Shown piece after piece: positions 48,982-62,804 of a DNA stretch of 64,000 nt. The stretch's first letter is position 1, and each line of letters opens with the position of its first letter. The notes beneath the pieces are model-generated. The model saw only the letters and a program-made list of their open reading frames with translations. It was not told where the DNA came from and did not search any database. The DNA comes from Rhizophagus irregularis (taxonomy: Eukaryota). The stretch spans positions 4,092,001 to 4,156,000 of the forward strand of contig NC_089434.1 of the NCBI RefSeq assembly GCF_026210795.1, given 5' to 3'. A program made the translations under genes and the position numbers.

Positions 48982-50120
48982 TTAAACAAAATTTATAACA
49001 AAATCACGAACTTTCATTAAAAAATTTGTAGTTTTTAGTATACTATTTCTAATAATAAGACCAAAATATCCAACTGGTGTAACGTGTTTTATTGTAGCAT
49101 ATCTAGACTTTAATACATCAACAGGTGCTCGTTTTAACATTTTATTTTCATATTCTTTAATACATGAAATATAATTTTCTGGTGAATAGTTGAGAGCATC
49201 TTGAATAGCATGTGTTGTTCCTAATCCTAATAACGGACTCATAGCATGTGCTGCATTTCCAATTAATGTAACTCGGCTACTTGTCCACGAATTAATAGTT
49301 AATGGATTGATATCTCTTACTTTTCTTAATTGTATTGGATTATAAGTTTTGAATGGATAAGTTTGTGATTCTTTTGGAACTGCTTTAGGAGCTAAATCCC
49401 ATAATTCTAATAAAACATCTGTCATTTCACTCTCTGGTCTTAATTTTCAAATCATATTTTTAACATGTTCAACAACCGATGCTGGATTATTATCATCAAC
49501 TTTGAATTTTTCAGTTTCTTCATTATCTAATTCGCTAGAATAAAAATAAGCTATCATGGTTCTATAATGAAGTTCATCAGAGTTGTTTTTATTCTTGAAA
49601 TTTTGTTCTTGTTCAATTGGAATTAAACGTAAAACGTAATGCAATAAGTGTTTAATCTCCATTTAATCAAAGTGTTTTTTGAATTAAACTATTTCCATTG
49701 ACTTTAATTAGCCTGTCTATTAGATGCTTAGTAGGTACGATAACATTTGCAACAACAAAAGTTGCTCCAATATCATTAATTTGTAATTCTGGTATTTTTT
49801 GTTTTCGAACTAAAGAAAAAAAAAATACATATCAGTTATTAGTCAAACAAAATAAATAATATTTATTTTAATTTATTAAATCTCAAATTCTTACCTGGGG
49901 AATTAACTCCACTTGCATCAACTAAAATGTCACAAAATTCTCGTGAACCATCATCGAAATTTATCCAAACACCTTCGTCAGTTTCTTTATATTTAACAAG
50001 CTTTTTACCCCATTGAACTGGAACATTTTCTAATAAAACATCTCTAAGTCTATCACGATAAGCAACAGTCACTGATAGGAAACGATCGGGGATTTCAGCG
50101 ATTTCATAAATATTTTAAAT
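48982..50120 (-). pseudogene. 5'-truncated inverted duplicate of the FAD-dependent monooxygenase
   Basis: Near-identical to 55840-56993 with the same intron and 3' flank; CGA>TGA stop at 49447-49449, GD>GN, deletion in AIQD(AEALSQ)AL, frameshift near 49650-49680. Confidence 0.92.
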
Positions 50121-50370
50121 TCCACTTACCAATTACCTTCATATTTTTTAGTTCTCGTGTACCGTCTGATTTGGTTATCCATTGATCAGGTGGTAATTTT
50201 TTAAGTAATGGATGATCTTCCAGATAATTACTAAAATCGTATAAATCCGCATCTTCGATCATATCATTGTACATATTTTCCGTTTCTATCTCGATAATAA
50301 ATGAATCTGTATCAGTATAACACAATCTTGCTCGGTTTCCATACTTTCGCTTGATGTGATTGTAATCAAA
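50121..50370 (-). mobile_element. Family B DNA polymerase fragment (Polinton/Maverick or adintovirus-like)
   Basis: YNHIKRKYGNRARLCYTDTDSFIIEIETENMYNDM...YDFSNYLEDHPL...NMKVIGKW; PolB catalytic YxDTDS motif in a context typical of Polinton-like polymerases. Confidence 0.78.
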
Positions 50371-51385
50371 TATTGATGTTGAAAAACTCGATTGGAAGAA
50401 CCCAATCGCAAACCAAGTTTTGGACGATGAATCAACGTTGATAGCATCTTTAAAAGTATCATGAAATCAGTTTATGGTATATATGTGTATTTACTATATT
50501 ATTTAACATACTTATATAAAGTGCATGCAACCCCAATTACAAAGCGTAATAATTACTAAATGTTCTAAATTTCCAATCGAGTATAAAAATCATCGTAATA
50601 TTTTAATGAGCGAAACGAATTTCATTACATGGAATTTTTTACTTCTGTCTGTAATTATTTTTGTATAATTTAAATAAATAATTTTTATTACTCACTAATA
50701 CGTGATATAATAATAATTTTAGAACTATTTAACAAAAAGACAAAGGTCAGAACAATAACAACTAATGATAATTATAAGCGAGATTAAGAATGTGAATATC
50801 CTTGATGTTACAAAAATTCTCGGTTTTGAACTTTCATACGATGACTTTTTAGTAAGAATATAAAAATATATTTAAATTTTTTTGAAACACTCGCGTAGTA
50901 CATAAAATAAATATCGGAGTAATTCATATATTATTTGCATTCATAGCAGACAGGCTTAATAAAAGAAGTTGCGGTTAAAGAAAATTTAACAAACAATAAT
51001 TCCAAAAGTGTATATACAGATCTTTTCATTAACTGAATATATGCTTACATGTCACGAAAAAAATATTTTCGCAAATCATAATATGGACCGAATTTACAAG
51101 ATAAAAGATTGCCTAAAAATTACGTAATCGAACCCATCCCTTAAATTATTGTTAATTGCTCAAAATTATGAGAAAAATCATTGGAAATTTATTTTAAAGC
51201 CAGATATTACAGTAGTGCCAATCTTGACTGTATTGTCAATTAATGAACATATTATTCTTTATTATGTCAACATCTCATATTTAAAATTTTATAAATTATA
51301 ATTTAATCGATAAAATGAAGTGTATATAATATTATGAAAAAGAGGAAAAAACAAAAATTATTTTCGCCCAATATTCTTTTTATAT

Positions 51386-51494
51386 CCCTGTAAAAAATTA
51401 TTCAGAAAAATGATCACGTGTCTGAGTTTCTTCGGAATAAAAACTAGAAAAATGATCATTTATCGGAGTTTTTTCCAGAATTTTTCTTATAGGA
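51386..51494 (+). mobile_element. MITE family B copy
   Basis: Near-identical to 60943-61052 with ccctgtaaaaaa / cttatagg ends. Confidence 0.8.
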
Positions 51495-52440
51495 CAATTA
51501 ATATATTGGTTGGCCCAAGATAATAGATAATATTGGAGGCAATGTGAATTAAAGCAAATTGCTAGATCAGCATGTTACTAGTTTTTTTATGCTAAATACT
51601 TGTTAATTATATTTTATTTTAGTTCATTAAATAATATGGAAAAAAATGATCAATATCAAAAACTGACAGGATAACAATCAATATTTACTATATAAAAATT
51701 TTCGATTTTTTTCAGTTGAGTCATAAAATTACTCATGTCTAATTATCAATTTTGATCAAATTAGGCATAGAATTTATACATTTATATCGATGTTCGATGA
51801 AATCCGATCGATCATATGAAATTTTGATACTCTATCGGCCGTAATTAACCACGCATAAGCTGATTTTTAAATTATCATGCATACATATCGTATTCAATAA
51901 GGCATTTAGGATCCTATTGAAAGAACTTAATTTTCTTGTATAATATCTATATCAATGAACTTTAGTTCATGTTTCTATGAAATTTATACAATATAAAGAA
52001 TGTTCGCTCAGTTCAATTATGTGAAATATCAAATTTCAATATAGTTTTTAATGTTGTAAAATATTAATTCGAAATACCGTGTTATCGTGCATTAATTAAA
52101 AATTAATGAAATTTTATTTATATTTTCTTAATACTGTATTCTTTAATCTCCTTAAAGAAATTATTTTTTTCATATTTTCAAAATATAAATTTTACGGGAA
52201 CAGTGAATTAGTAAATGAAAGAAAGTATTAATATCCGTTTGAGTAGGACCCCTGAATATAAAAAATTTTATATTGTGAACCTTGTCTGAGAAAATAGGTA
52301 AATTGGTAAAGTGTACAGTGTACGAAATTAGCAAAAAAATAACAGTGTATGTCAAAAATTTTATATTTATTGAAAATTTTAGTTAAAATGTACTATAAAA
52401 CTTCAATGACAAAATCTTTGATCATCTTTCTCATTATATA

Positions 52441-52580
52441 GATCCGTTATCTCTGTAAAAACTCCGTAACAATGAGCCTTTCGCGGATCCATTCACGAAA
52501 AATGTAAATTATTCGATAAGTTCCATAATATAAGGTTATTAACTCCGGAAATATCAAATACGGATCGACTTTTTTTTATA
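52441..52580. mobile_element. Partial MITE family A copy
   Basis: atccgttatctctgtaaaaactccgtaacaatgagcctttcgcggatccattcacg...ggatcgacttttttt matches 8792-8959. Confidence 0.65.
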
Positions 52581-53670
52581 CTGTACCAAAAATTCCGTAC
52601 CGTGACCCGAAAAAAGAAAAGGTGAAAAATTTTTTCAGATTGGAAAAAAAGCCAAAGCCAACCTGAAAAAAGAAAAAGGTTTAAAGAATTCGAAAAAAAC
52701 CGAAAAAAAAATTTGCGAGGAGGGACAAAAGAAAAATAGGGAAACGAAAAGGAAAAGGAAAGAAAAAATAAAAAAAAAACTTGAAAAGAAAAAGAAAAAA
52801 AAATTTTGGGGAAAAATAAAGAAAGAAATTGGTCTAAAAAAAAAGATCAAAAAAAAAATAATATAAGTTATTTAAATAATAATAATAATTTTTCGGTTTT
52901 GGAGAAAAAATGAAAAAAAAATGAAAAAAAAGAAAGAGGAAAAAAAACGAAAAATTTTTAAAAAAAGAAAAAAAAGGAAAAGAAAAAAGAGAAATGACAA
53001 AATTTGAAAAAAAGAAAAAACCAAAGAAATTGAAAAAAAAAATAAATATTTGAAAAAAATTCGATTAATTAATGACTTGCCAATCAATCGGGTCTTAACT
53101 ATAAAAAATACGATTCAAATTAATTTATATTAATTATATTATTTTTGTAAATTTTTTTTTGATTTTTTTTAACAAAAAAAAATGTTTTTACGAAAAAGAG
53201 AAAAAGGTAAAACAATCTATCGAATTATTTGATATGAGGGTTAAAATTAGCACAAACAATTATTATTATTGTTTAACCAATTAAGGTTAATAGATTGCTT
53301 TTTATATTCGAATATTGTGTGAATGTTGTTTGTAAATTGCGTAATAAAATTTTCCCGTTTAATGATTGCAAATTTAGTTAATGATGATAAGCATCAAAAT
53401 CACTGTACTTGGTAAAGGATCGTAAGATATGAATTTCGTCAATTTCGTACAACTTTTCTTGTATTTCGTACATTAGTACAATTTCGTGCTTTTTGTATGA
53501 TAATCATATAATTAAAAATTTTATATTTAATTATTTAATTTGTAATTCAATAAAATTAAGGCCATTATTTTTTTTTTAAATTTTTATTATAAAATCGGAT
53601 ACAGTATAGTACCGTCGTACTGTCCTAATTAGGTTTTGGTACGAAATCTCGAAAATCATTTGAGTGATTG

Positions 53671-53877
53671 ACACAAGACCGACAACAAAATCTCGACAAT
53701 CCAATATCTTGACAAGTCAAAATCCTGACAAGTCAAAATCCCCGACAAAATTATACCACATTTAAACTAAATATTACATATTGCAACAAATTATTTTATT
53801 AGAACACACATCACAAAATTGTCGATATAATGACTTGTCAAGATTTTGGATTGTCGAGATTATGTTGTCGATCGTGT
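53671..53877. mobile_element. 207-bp MITE with ~47-bp TIRs
   Basis: acacaagaccgacaacaaaatctcgacaatccaatatcttgacaagtca ... tgacttgtcaagattttggattgtcgagattatgttgtcgatcgtgt. Confidence 0.78.
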
Positions 53878-55430
53878 AAAACTATAACACGTTTATTATC
53901 GGAAGCGTCAGAAAAAAAAGTTTATTATTATTATTATATTTTACACGTGAAAAAATACAATGAACCATAAAATTGAACTGCAAAAGTTGCATTCAGATGA
54001 AGAATTATTTTACAGAATCAAATGTTAGTCGTGCAAGTGACTGTCGAGATTTTGATCGGATACCTCTTATTGGTTCTAATTGTACTAGTAAAGTACAGTA
54101 AATTTCCAAATCCTGTCCTTAAGTATTCAATGAAGTTTCCCTTCGACTCACATTTTTTTTGTACATATTTGATATTTCAGTAATTCTTTTTCATATAATT
54201 TCTTGTGCAATTTTCTAAAAAACTCAATCAGTTCAACTGCCTGCAAAAAATATATACGGTACTATATTTAGATTTATGAATCGTTCTTATGAAAGTGGAG
54301 TCCGTAATTATCCTGAAAAAATTATGTAATTGTGATGAAATAATTCATTTGTAATGGGAATAATAAAATTAAAAGAAAAACAGTCAACCACCGGTCGTCC
54401 TGCTGAATTGCTTGTTATACTTTGCACACCGATTTGTGTTTTTATTTTCTTTATTTCACAAATGAAAATCTTATTATAATCATCATTTATCAGAATTAAG
54501 ATGGTTTTTTACTATTTATTGTTAATCGTAATACATGAATATAAAGTTTTATGAATTATTTCACTATGTTTTAATGATTATTTTATAAAAAAAAAATACA
54601 ATCATTTTTCCTACATTACATATTCGTATGGTCCTAGGCCAACAATTTGGTCAAACTATTGTTGTATTAATTGTCTATAGGAAAACCGAATTATTTTGTA
54701 ATTAAAGAATTAAAGTGTGCAAGTATGTTTTAATGCACGGTTAAAGTGTATTTTTATATACTTAAAATATATTTAATTCGAGATCCGGCTATAAATCAGT
54801 GAAAATTACTATGGGCATATGGGCCGATCTAATCATTAATCAATCAACGCACCTGACACACCTCATTTGCCCATAGACCGGTCTAGGCCTTTCCTTTTTT
54901 GGGATAAAGATACAGTATATGTAGATCACCGACTAAATATATGCCGCACCTGCTACCTGGGTTGATTGATTAGAATTCCAAAAATTGGCGAAATTTTGTA
55001 CATCATTAATGAAATTCATTTAATTGGCATTTTTGTGGGTAAAGGTATCACTGCAACAAAATGAAAATGTTACGTAGTATTTTATAGCCAGCTTTCGAAT
55101 GCATTATTAATTTCCCTTCCGATGAAAATTAAAAAATGGCTTGTCTTTGTGGCAACGGCAGATTCTTATCATTTACGAATTTTAACTGATAGACATCCGG
55201 ATCAACGAATTTAAAGAATATTTAAAATATCACTTATATTGTACTTAAAAATTTCGGAGAAATTTCTAGATAAATTTCGGTATATCAATTTCGTTGTGAT
55301 CATTTTATTATAAATATTCCACAATTTTCATGTTGGAATTCGTCAAAAAAATACATTCGAACAATTCTTATCAATAATTTACAAAAAATTAAAATTAAAA
55401 TTATAAAAAAGAAAATAATACTATACGAAA

Positions 55431-56993
55431 ATGCAACAAGAAAAGGTTCCAACCGTAATTATTGTCGGTGCAGGTCCGGGAGGGCTTACTCTTTATCATT
55501 CTTTGATAAAAAACAAAGATAAAAAAGAATTCAATGTAAAGATCTTTGAACGAGAATCTGGTCCTAAAGGTAAATAATTTGTATGAAATTCGGAATGTCT
55601 TTTATATTCAATATCACGTGACTAACTCAAACTCGTGTTAAAAAACATTAGATCGATGGCAAGGTTATCATATAGGATTTAAATCTCAAGGATTTAAATC
55701 ACTTATGAATTGTATTCCATCCTCGGTCGCTTTAAATCTTCCAAAAGCAATTCCAAATCCAGTTCCTGGTGTAGAATACCATGGAACTTCATTTAGTGAT
55801 CATGAAGGAAATCTTTTACTAAGACCTCCATTTAAACAATTTAAAAATATTTATGAAATCGCTGAAATCCCCGATCGTTTCCTATCGGGGACTATTGCTT
55901 ATCGTGATAGACTTAGAGATGTTTTATTAGAAAATGTTCCAGTTCAATGGGGTAAAAAGCTTGTTAGATATGAAGAAACTGACGAAGGTGTTTGGGTAAA
56001 TTTCGATGACGGTTCACGAGAATTTTGTGACATTTTAGTTGATGCAAGTGGAATTAATTCTCCAAGTAAGAATTCAATAAAATAAAATATTATTTATTTT
56101 ATTGTTTGACTAATAATTGATATGTATTTTTTTTTCTTTACTCTTTAGTTCGAAAACAAAAAATACCAGAATTACAAATTAATGATATTGGAACAACTCA
56201 TGCTGTTGCAAGTGCTGTCGTACCTAAGCATCTAATGGACAGGCTAATTAAAGTTAATGGAAATAGTGTAATTCAAAAATTACTTGGATTAAATGGAGAT
56301 TCAACATTTATTGGATTACGTTTAATTCCAATTGAACAAGAACAAAATTTCAAGAATAAAAACCATTCTGATGAACTTCATTATAGAATCACGATGTTTT
56401 ATTTTTATTCTAGCGAATTAGATAATGAAGAAATCGAAAAAATTAATAATAATCCTGCATTGGTTGTTGAACATATTAAAAATATGATTCGAAAATTGAG
56501 ACCAGAGTGTGAAATGACAAATATTTTATTAGAATTATGGGATTTAGTTCCTAAAGCAGTTCCAAAAGAATCAGAAGATTTTCCATTTAAAACTTACAAT
56601 CCAATACAACTAAGAAAAGTAAGAGATATCAATCTATTAACTATTAATTCGTGGACAAGTAGCCGAGTTACATTAATTGGAGATGCAGCACATGCTATGA
56701 GTCCGTATCTAGGATTAGGAACAACACATGCTATTCAAGATGCTGAAGCTCTTTCTCAAGCATTACTTAACTATTCTCCAGAAAATTATATTTCTTGTAT
56801 TAAAGAATATGAAAATAACATGTTAAAACGAGCGCCTGTTGATGTATTAAAATCTAGATATGCTACGATAAAACAAGTTACACCAGTTGGATATTTTGGT
56901 CTTTTTATTAGAAATAGTATACTAAAAACTACAAATTTTTTAATGAAAATTCATGATTCTGTTAAAATTTTAGATTTAGTTAAAATTCATTAA
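55431..56993 (+). CDS. FAD-dependent monooxygenase (group A / FAD_binding_3-like), 465 aa, 3 exons (55431-55569, 55652-56065, 56149-56993)
   Basis: VIIVGAGPGG Rossmann motif, IFERE, RVTLIGDAAHAMSPYLGLGTTHAIQDA; GT..AG introns splice in frame (1398 nt total). Confidence 0.92.
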
Positions 56994-57148
56994 TATTTTA
57001 CTAGGGGGACTTTTATATATAATTTTAATTTTGTTATTATTGTATTAGAGGACTTTATATATACAGTAAATATATACTGTAATAAATACATCTCGTGACG
57101 GTAACGCACCACCAATTTACAATTTACAATAAAAAAATATTAAATAAA

Positions 57149-57293
57149 TCCCCCCTGTCTAGAGTTTTCTTTTTTTTACTAGTTAGGACCTGTAGTTTTT
57201 AGGTGAAGTTCAACATTGTTTTTTTTTGTATACATCGGTAGCTTATAAAATGTTCAATGTAGTGCTCCTAGCTAGCCATAAAATAAATAAAAT
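57149..57293 (+). mobile_element. Probable 145-bp retroposed insert
   Basis: Direct repeat aaatattaaataaa at 57135-57148 and 57294-57307 with a taaaa-type tail; the TSD is low-complexity. Confidence 0.45.
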
Positions 57294-57479
57294 AAATATT
57301 AAATAAAATCAATAAATTCTTTAACTAAAATTAATGTCCAATTGTTCCGTGTTCAACTTGAATAAGTTTTATTTTCAGAAAATAAATAACAAATGAGCTC
57401 TTCCTAGCAACTCAAAATCTGTCTCGGTAACCTAACATGTCTGTTAAAGTGAACCTAAGTGAATTTCGAGGCGATATTT

Positions 57480-57740
57480 TTAATTGATGTTGATAGAATT
57501 ATCTCTCAGCTAAAAATATTTAGATCTTTTAAAATAATTTATTTAACCTAATTGTTATTTTTTTTAACTAACGACGAATTTACGTAAATTTTCATTTTAG
57601 TTCGGAAACAAAAATTACCAAAATTGCAAATTATCGATGTTGAAGTAGCAAAGGTATTATTGTACCTAAAGATTTGGGAGTAGTTTAGTTCAGAGAACAC
57701 CTGGATTAAATGGAGATTCAACATTTATTGCATTAAACTT
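57480..57740 (+). pseudogene. Third, highly decayed monooxygenase relic
   Basis: ttttag|ttcggaaacaaaaattacca and tggattaaatggagattcaacatttattg match the start of exon 3 of the 55431 gene. Confidence 0.7.
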
Positions 57741-60700
57741 TAACTTTATATACAGTATCAGTTTTATTGTTTTTCAATCAGTGTATTATCATATATCAGC
57801 CATGGACGGTGAATATTTATATTTGGATCTTACATATTTTGAAGGGATTTCATTTCTTAAATGGATTAAAGAAAATAATTAATATCGTACGTTCAAGGTT
57901 TGGTTCATTCTGAAAGACTATTAGTTTGGGGCAACATCGTAATGTTGAATTGACTTTGTGTTTTTAACCTAGCAAAGCAATGACGTAGGAGTGAATTTGA
58001 TTACAGCATATCGGCATATCAAGTATAATGATCAGTCGTTCATTCAGTGATTTCGTGTCACTTCATAATTAACAACTACTCTTAGAATTACATTTCATTT
58101 TAACTTTGTTTCGGTTAAATTAATTTCGTCAAAAAATATGCTATCTATTCCTCCTTTTTAATTGATAATGCCTTATCCCATATCGACATTTTTCATGTAC
58201 AATAATAAACCTGAGAATTTTCAGGTTTATTGCGCAGAAAAAATAATGTCGGTCACGAATTTTTTGATCTACGAGATTTTGTAACTGTGGCTTTATTTCT
58301 TCTTAAATGTGGCGAAATTCCCGATATCGGACCGATAATAAAAAAACAATTACCGCATATTTTGTAGAGATTTCATAAGAATATATATTAAAATTATACG
58401 ATAGATACATATGGTTGTACTTTTGAAATTGTCATTTCTACTGTTTATCGGTCGGATGTTACGTTTTAATATGTACCCATGAGTAAAAGGGTCAGTGTCC
58501 TGATTTGTATCAATAGATTAATCTATTTGCCATAAATGTAGAACAAGATGAGAAAATCATATTTTATAACCTTCAATTCCTTTTTTTGTACCGAAAAATA
58601 TATATAACAAATTGCAAGATAACTTTCGATAAATAGTGTATATTGCTCCTTCAAATATTTTTTACAAACAATTTGAGCGTTTCTTTTCAATATTAAAAAT
58701 ATTTGAACGTGTACTTTCGTACTATAAATATATATAATTGCCAAAATTAGAAACAATAACAATTTTAAGTCATTACTGTAATACTTGGATCAGGTACAAA
58801 CGAGTATTACACCAATTATTTCCCCTATCCGTGAAAAAGGCTTAGTTGTGTGAAAAATTTCAATAAATGATTACTGATTAAGTTTCAATTGATGTAACAA
58901 ATATTACGAAAGATTAATCTTAAAACTGGAAGAAATATTCCACGATGGATTGATGGATTGATAAATCTATTATTATTAGTCGGCATTGCAAACCAAACCA
59001 TATATGGCAATCTATTATGACACATCGATAGACGATCACAAAAGTTTTTAAATAAGGAGTGTTCTTTGTAATAAAATTTTCATAAGACTCATTTAATTAA
59101 GGATAACCATTATTTTTCTACTACAATCTCTCGAAAAAACCGACATTAGATCATCTTCAAACGTTAATATCTTGAAAATTTTCGATCATTTCGAGCGCTT
59201 CAAACATTGAACGTGTCCACATGGAAAAACATTTCCAAATTGGAATATGCAAGCCGCCAAGCCCCTAAAGCCCTGATATTGATTTGATCACCAGAAAATC
59301 AGCATCTTAACAGCCTTACCGTTGACAGATTTTTTACGTAAAGAAAACAGCAAGCCACCAAAGCCTCTAAATTTATTGATTTGTCCACACATTATAAGCT
59401 AGATCATATGCAAGTTATTATAATCAGCCTTCGTTAACTGGTTTTTACAAAAAAAAGATCGCAAATTTTTTTTTATATAAATACATGCTATCCATTAAAC
59501 GATTTTTATTACATCTTTATTACATTCTTTAATACTCTTTATTATTCTTTTCTTCTTTTACCTACTTTGGTACTATAACTACTGAATTCATATACATTCC
59601 TTTATATACGGTATAATAATGTACATTATATACATTATTATACATTCCCTATCACTTTTTTCGAAAATAATCAAAAATTACCTTTAAATACATACATACA
59701 TATATGTATTCCTAACTGAATTTTGTATAGTTATAACATCATTTTTCAATTCCTTTTTGAAGAAAGAACATAATAAACTCACTCAGGGCAAGGCTTAATC
59801 TCAAATAGGACTTAGGACTACGACGAACTGTGCTCTTGATTATTATAAATTTTACTTCCGTAAAATGTAAATAGTTGTAAGTATGTAATATATTATTTAA
59901 TTTTATAAATTAATTTGAATGAATTATTTATTAATTAAATATATTACAATAATGATGTGTAGTATTTTTTCGGACCAATATTCCTATTTTTAAAGGCTGG
60001 TTTTGATTAGAAAGAGGAGGATGCGCTTCTCCTGTTTCTATTTTGCACGGGATCCTTCTAATATCAACTGGTACTTTGATAGCTTTGCTCATCTTTCCAT
60101 TAATTCGATGTCATTTATCTATCACGATCCCCGACGCGTAATAATTAAACGTTTTATATAAAATATAATAATTATTTAAATTTTATTTAAATTTTATTTT
60201 TAGAATTACATTTTAATATTAATATAATAGTACATTATTTTATAGATGATATAGACGTATAATTTTTTATAGACATTTAGATTAAATAATTTTATAGAAT
60301 AAAGATTATTAATTTTTACTGATTTTATATAATAAGGTGATTGATCAACTTCTAGTATGTGGGAAATCTTTCACCTCACGTTCAAATAATTATTGATTTC
60401 GTTCCACGAGTACATAAATGTTAATAAATTTGTTCGCGCCACATCATACCATTATTAAGCACGCCCGTGCAATAGCATACAAATACAAATATTTTTATTC
60501 GTAAAGAAAGACCAATGTGAATACCAAATATTTTCTTATAAGATTTTTTCTTTATTTTTTACAAAAAAAAAGAATATCATTCTCATATCAAGTTTATAAC
60601 AAAATTTCTAACAATAAAATATTACTTATAATTATACTATTATTTTGCGTTTATAAGTTTTATTTATTTTATTTCTGAAATTATATAAATATATATCATC

Positions 60701-60942
60701 GTAATAGGTTATTCGTTCTCTCTATATATATATATTTGAACACATCTTACTTATCTAAAAATTCATAATGTGGGTCCGATCTGAATATACGGAATTTGGA
60801 ATAGACGTTAAAAGAATTTTTAAATTTTGAAATTTAATTAAAGTTTTGTATAATATTACATTTATTGATAATGGATCAGCAGGTATTAATCATGACGCTG
60901 AATGATATCCGATATAACTCGTATACGCTTAACGACCGCTTA

Positions 60943-61052
60943 CCCTATAAAAAATTTTTCCAGAAAAATGATCACGTGTATGAGTTTCTTCGGAATAAAA
61001 ACTAGAAAAATGATCATTTATCGGAGTTTTTCCCAGAATTTTTTTTATAGGG
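60943..61052 (+). mobile_element. MITE family B, 110 bp, best copy
   Basis: Perfect terminal inverted repeat CCCTATAAAAAA / TTTTTTATAGGG; other copies at 24452, 36797, 51386. Confidence 0.85.
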
Positions 61053-61534
61053 CTAGACTTAATTCCATAAGAAAACATTTACTGACCTAACACAATTTTT
61101 TTTAAAGATTACGCCCTATATATGCCTGAAGTGTATCAAAAATCTAAATGTCAACAACTTCAAAAAATTAATTATATTAACCATATACGGGCACCAGTCC
61201 CCATGTGTAAAGCAGCTTTCAAGCTATTAAGTAAAAGTATATTTGATGGAAAAGCTAAAATCTTTTGTTAAACTAATATAGTTAATTTAGTTAATTACAA
61301 TAAAGATTTGTTAGATATTTTTTTAAGGGGGATTAATATATTAGAAGTATTTTTATTTTTCAGAAACACTCAGACTACTGATATTTGATATTTTTAAAAG
61401 TATTAATACTTTATTAACTAATTGTATTAGTATAAATAAATTATATAAAAAATTTCTTAATATCTGATATATATAAAGTATTTTAAATATATATGGTATT
61501 AAATTATGTAAAAAAAACTTGATAAATATAACAT

Positions 61535-62295
61535 TATTTTTTAATTATTATATTATTATAATACTCAAAGGGAGCGGTGCTCCTTGACCTTATTTAAAGG
61601 ATACATTATAAATAATTTACACCCTACCCGCCTGCAAATATACCCCATGAGTCTAACCAAATCTAAACTATAACCGGCCTGCCAGTCACATATAATATAT
61701 TACCTAATTAAAATTAAAATTCTATCTAATATATAAAAAATAAAAAATAAAATAAAATAAAAGACAATAATCAAATCACAAACCAAAGCTTCAAAATTCT
61801 AAAAACAGTCCTCCTAACGATTTCGACAGTTTATAAGTCCAAGGATACATGAATGATTCTTGGCGAAAATCCATGCCTGATCCTTCATTTTCATTAGAGC
61901 CCGTGAGAAACGTTGTTGCGGCGAAATCGTTATTGGAGGGCTCTCATGATTATCAATGCGATTTGGGTTATCTTATATTTCAATATCGTCCTGTGCAGAG
62001 GAATATACTTGGTTAGTTCATTGAAGTGGAAATCCCATGCGGTGTTTGTTAGTAGTTTGGTGCATATAGTGATGCCTTTGCTTCGTTTAATATTTAATAA
62101 TTTTATAATTCTGGTTGTAGTGGCTGAGTCAATCTTTCCCATCATTGCCTCCTTATACAAGAATGAAAATTCTTCTGAACAGGCTGACTTACCTATTATT
62201 TTATTTAGCAAATTATCAACCATCGACTGTTTTATATCTAAACTAGAATATGCGATTTGCCGGGGGACTTCGTCCCCCAAATATAACATTTATAA
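61535..62295 (-). mobile_element. Probable 5'-truncated, decayed LINE 3' end (different family from 58-8125)
   Basis: ORF 61930-62289 resembles a LINE ORF2 C-terminus (TAWDFHFNEL..YIP), followed by a T-rich UTR-like tract and A-rich end on the minus strand; no diagnostic catalytic motif. Confidence 0.4.
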
Positions 62296-62804
62296 TTAAA
62301 AAAATTCTTTGATATAAATAAATTGAATTGTATGTAAAATCACTAAAATATTACTGAATAATAAAATTTATTATAATTAGATCCTATAAAAAATCATGTT
62401 TTTAATAAGGTTTTATACAATTTTTTCTTAAAAATAATATTTCTAATCTATATAGGAATACAGAAAATGCACAATTCCATATTACAAAATGCATCATTTG
62501 CATGATTTGACCATAATTTATGCTGAATTTATATTGATTTGATCACAGAAATTACATACTTTAAGCATAGAATTTACATGATTTGGTTAATGAATTTACT
62601 ACTTAAATTACAATTATTAATATTAGTTGCATTTATATGAATTTGATTTTAATAATATTTTATTAAATTATTAAAAATAAAAAAAATCCTTAGTATCAAT
62701 GTGATTATAATTAGCCAATAATATAAATTAATTCTTATGATTTAAAATAATGATGCAAGTTGTAATAAGTGTTTTAAAGTTAATACAGCTACAAAAAAAT
62801 GAAA

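Noticed and set aside
52600..53200. Phe-rich ORFs 52635-52850 and 52872-53087
   Set aside because: They are translations of low-complexity poly-A/purine tracts.
59440..59880. Possible retroelement 3' UTR remnant
   Set aside because: No TSD, ORF or second copy was found in the window to support it.
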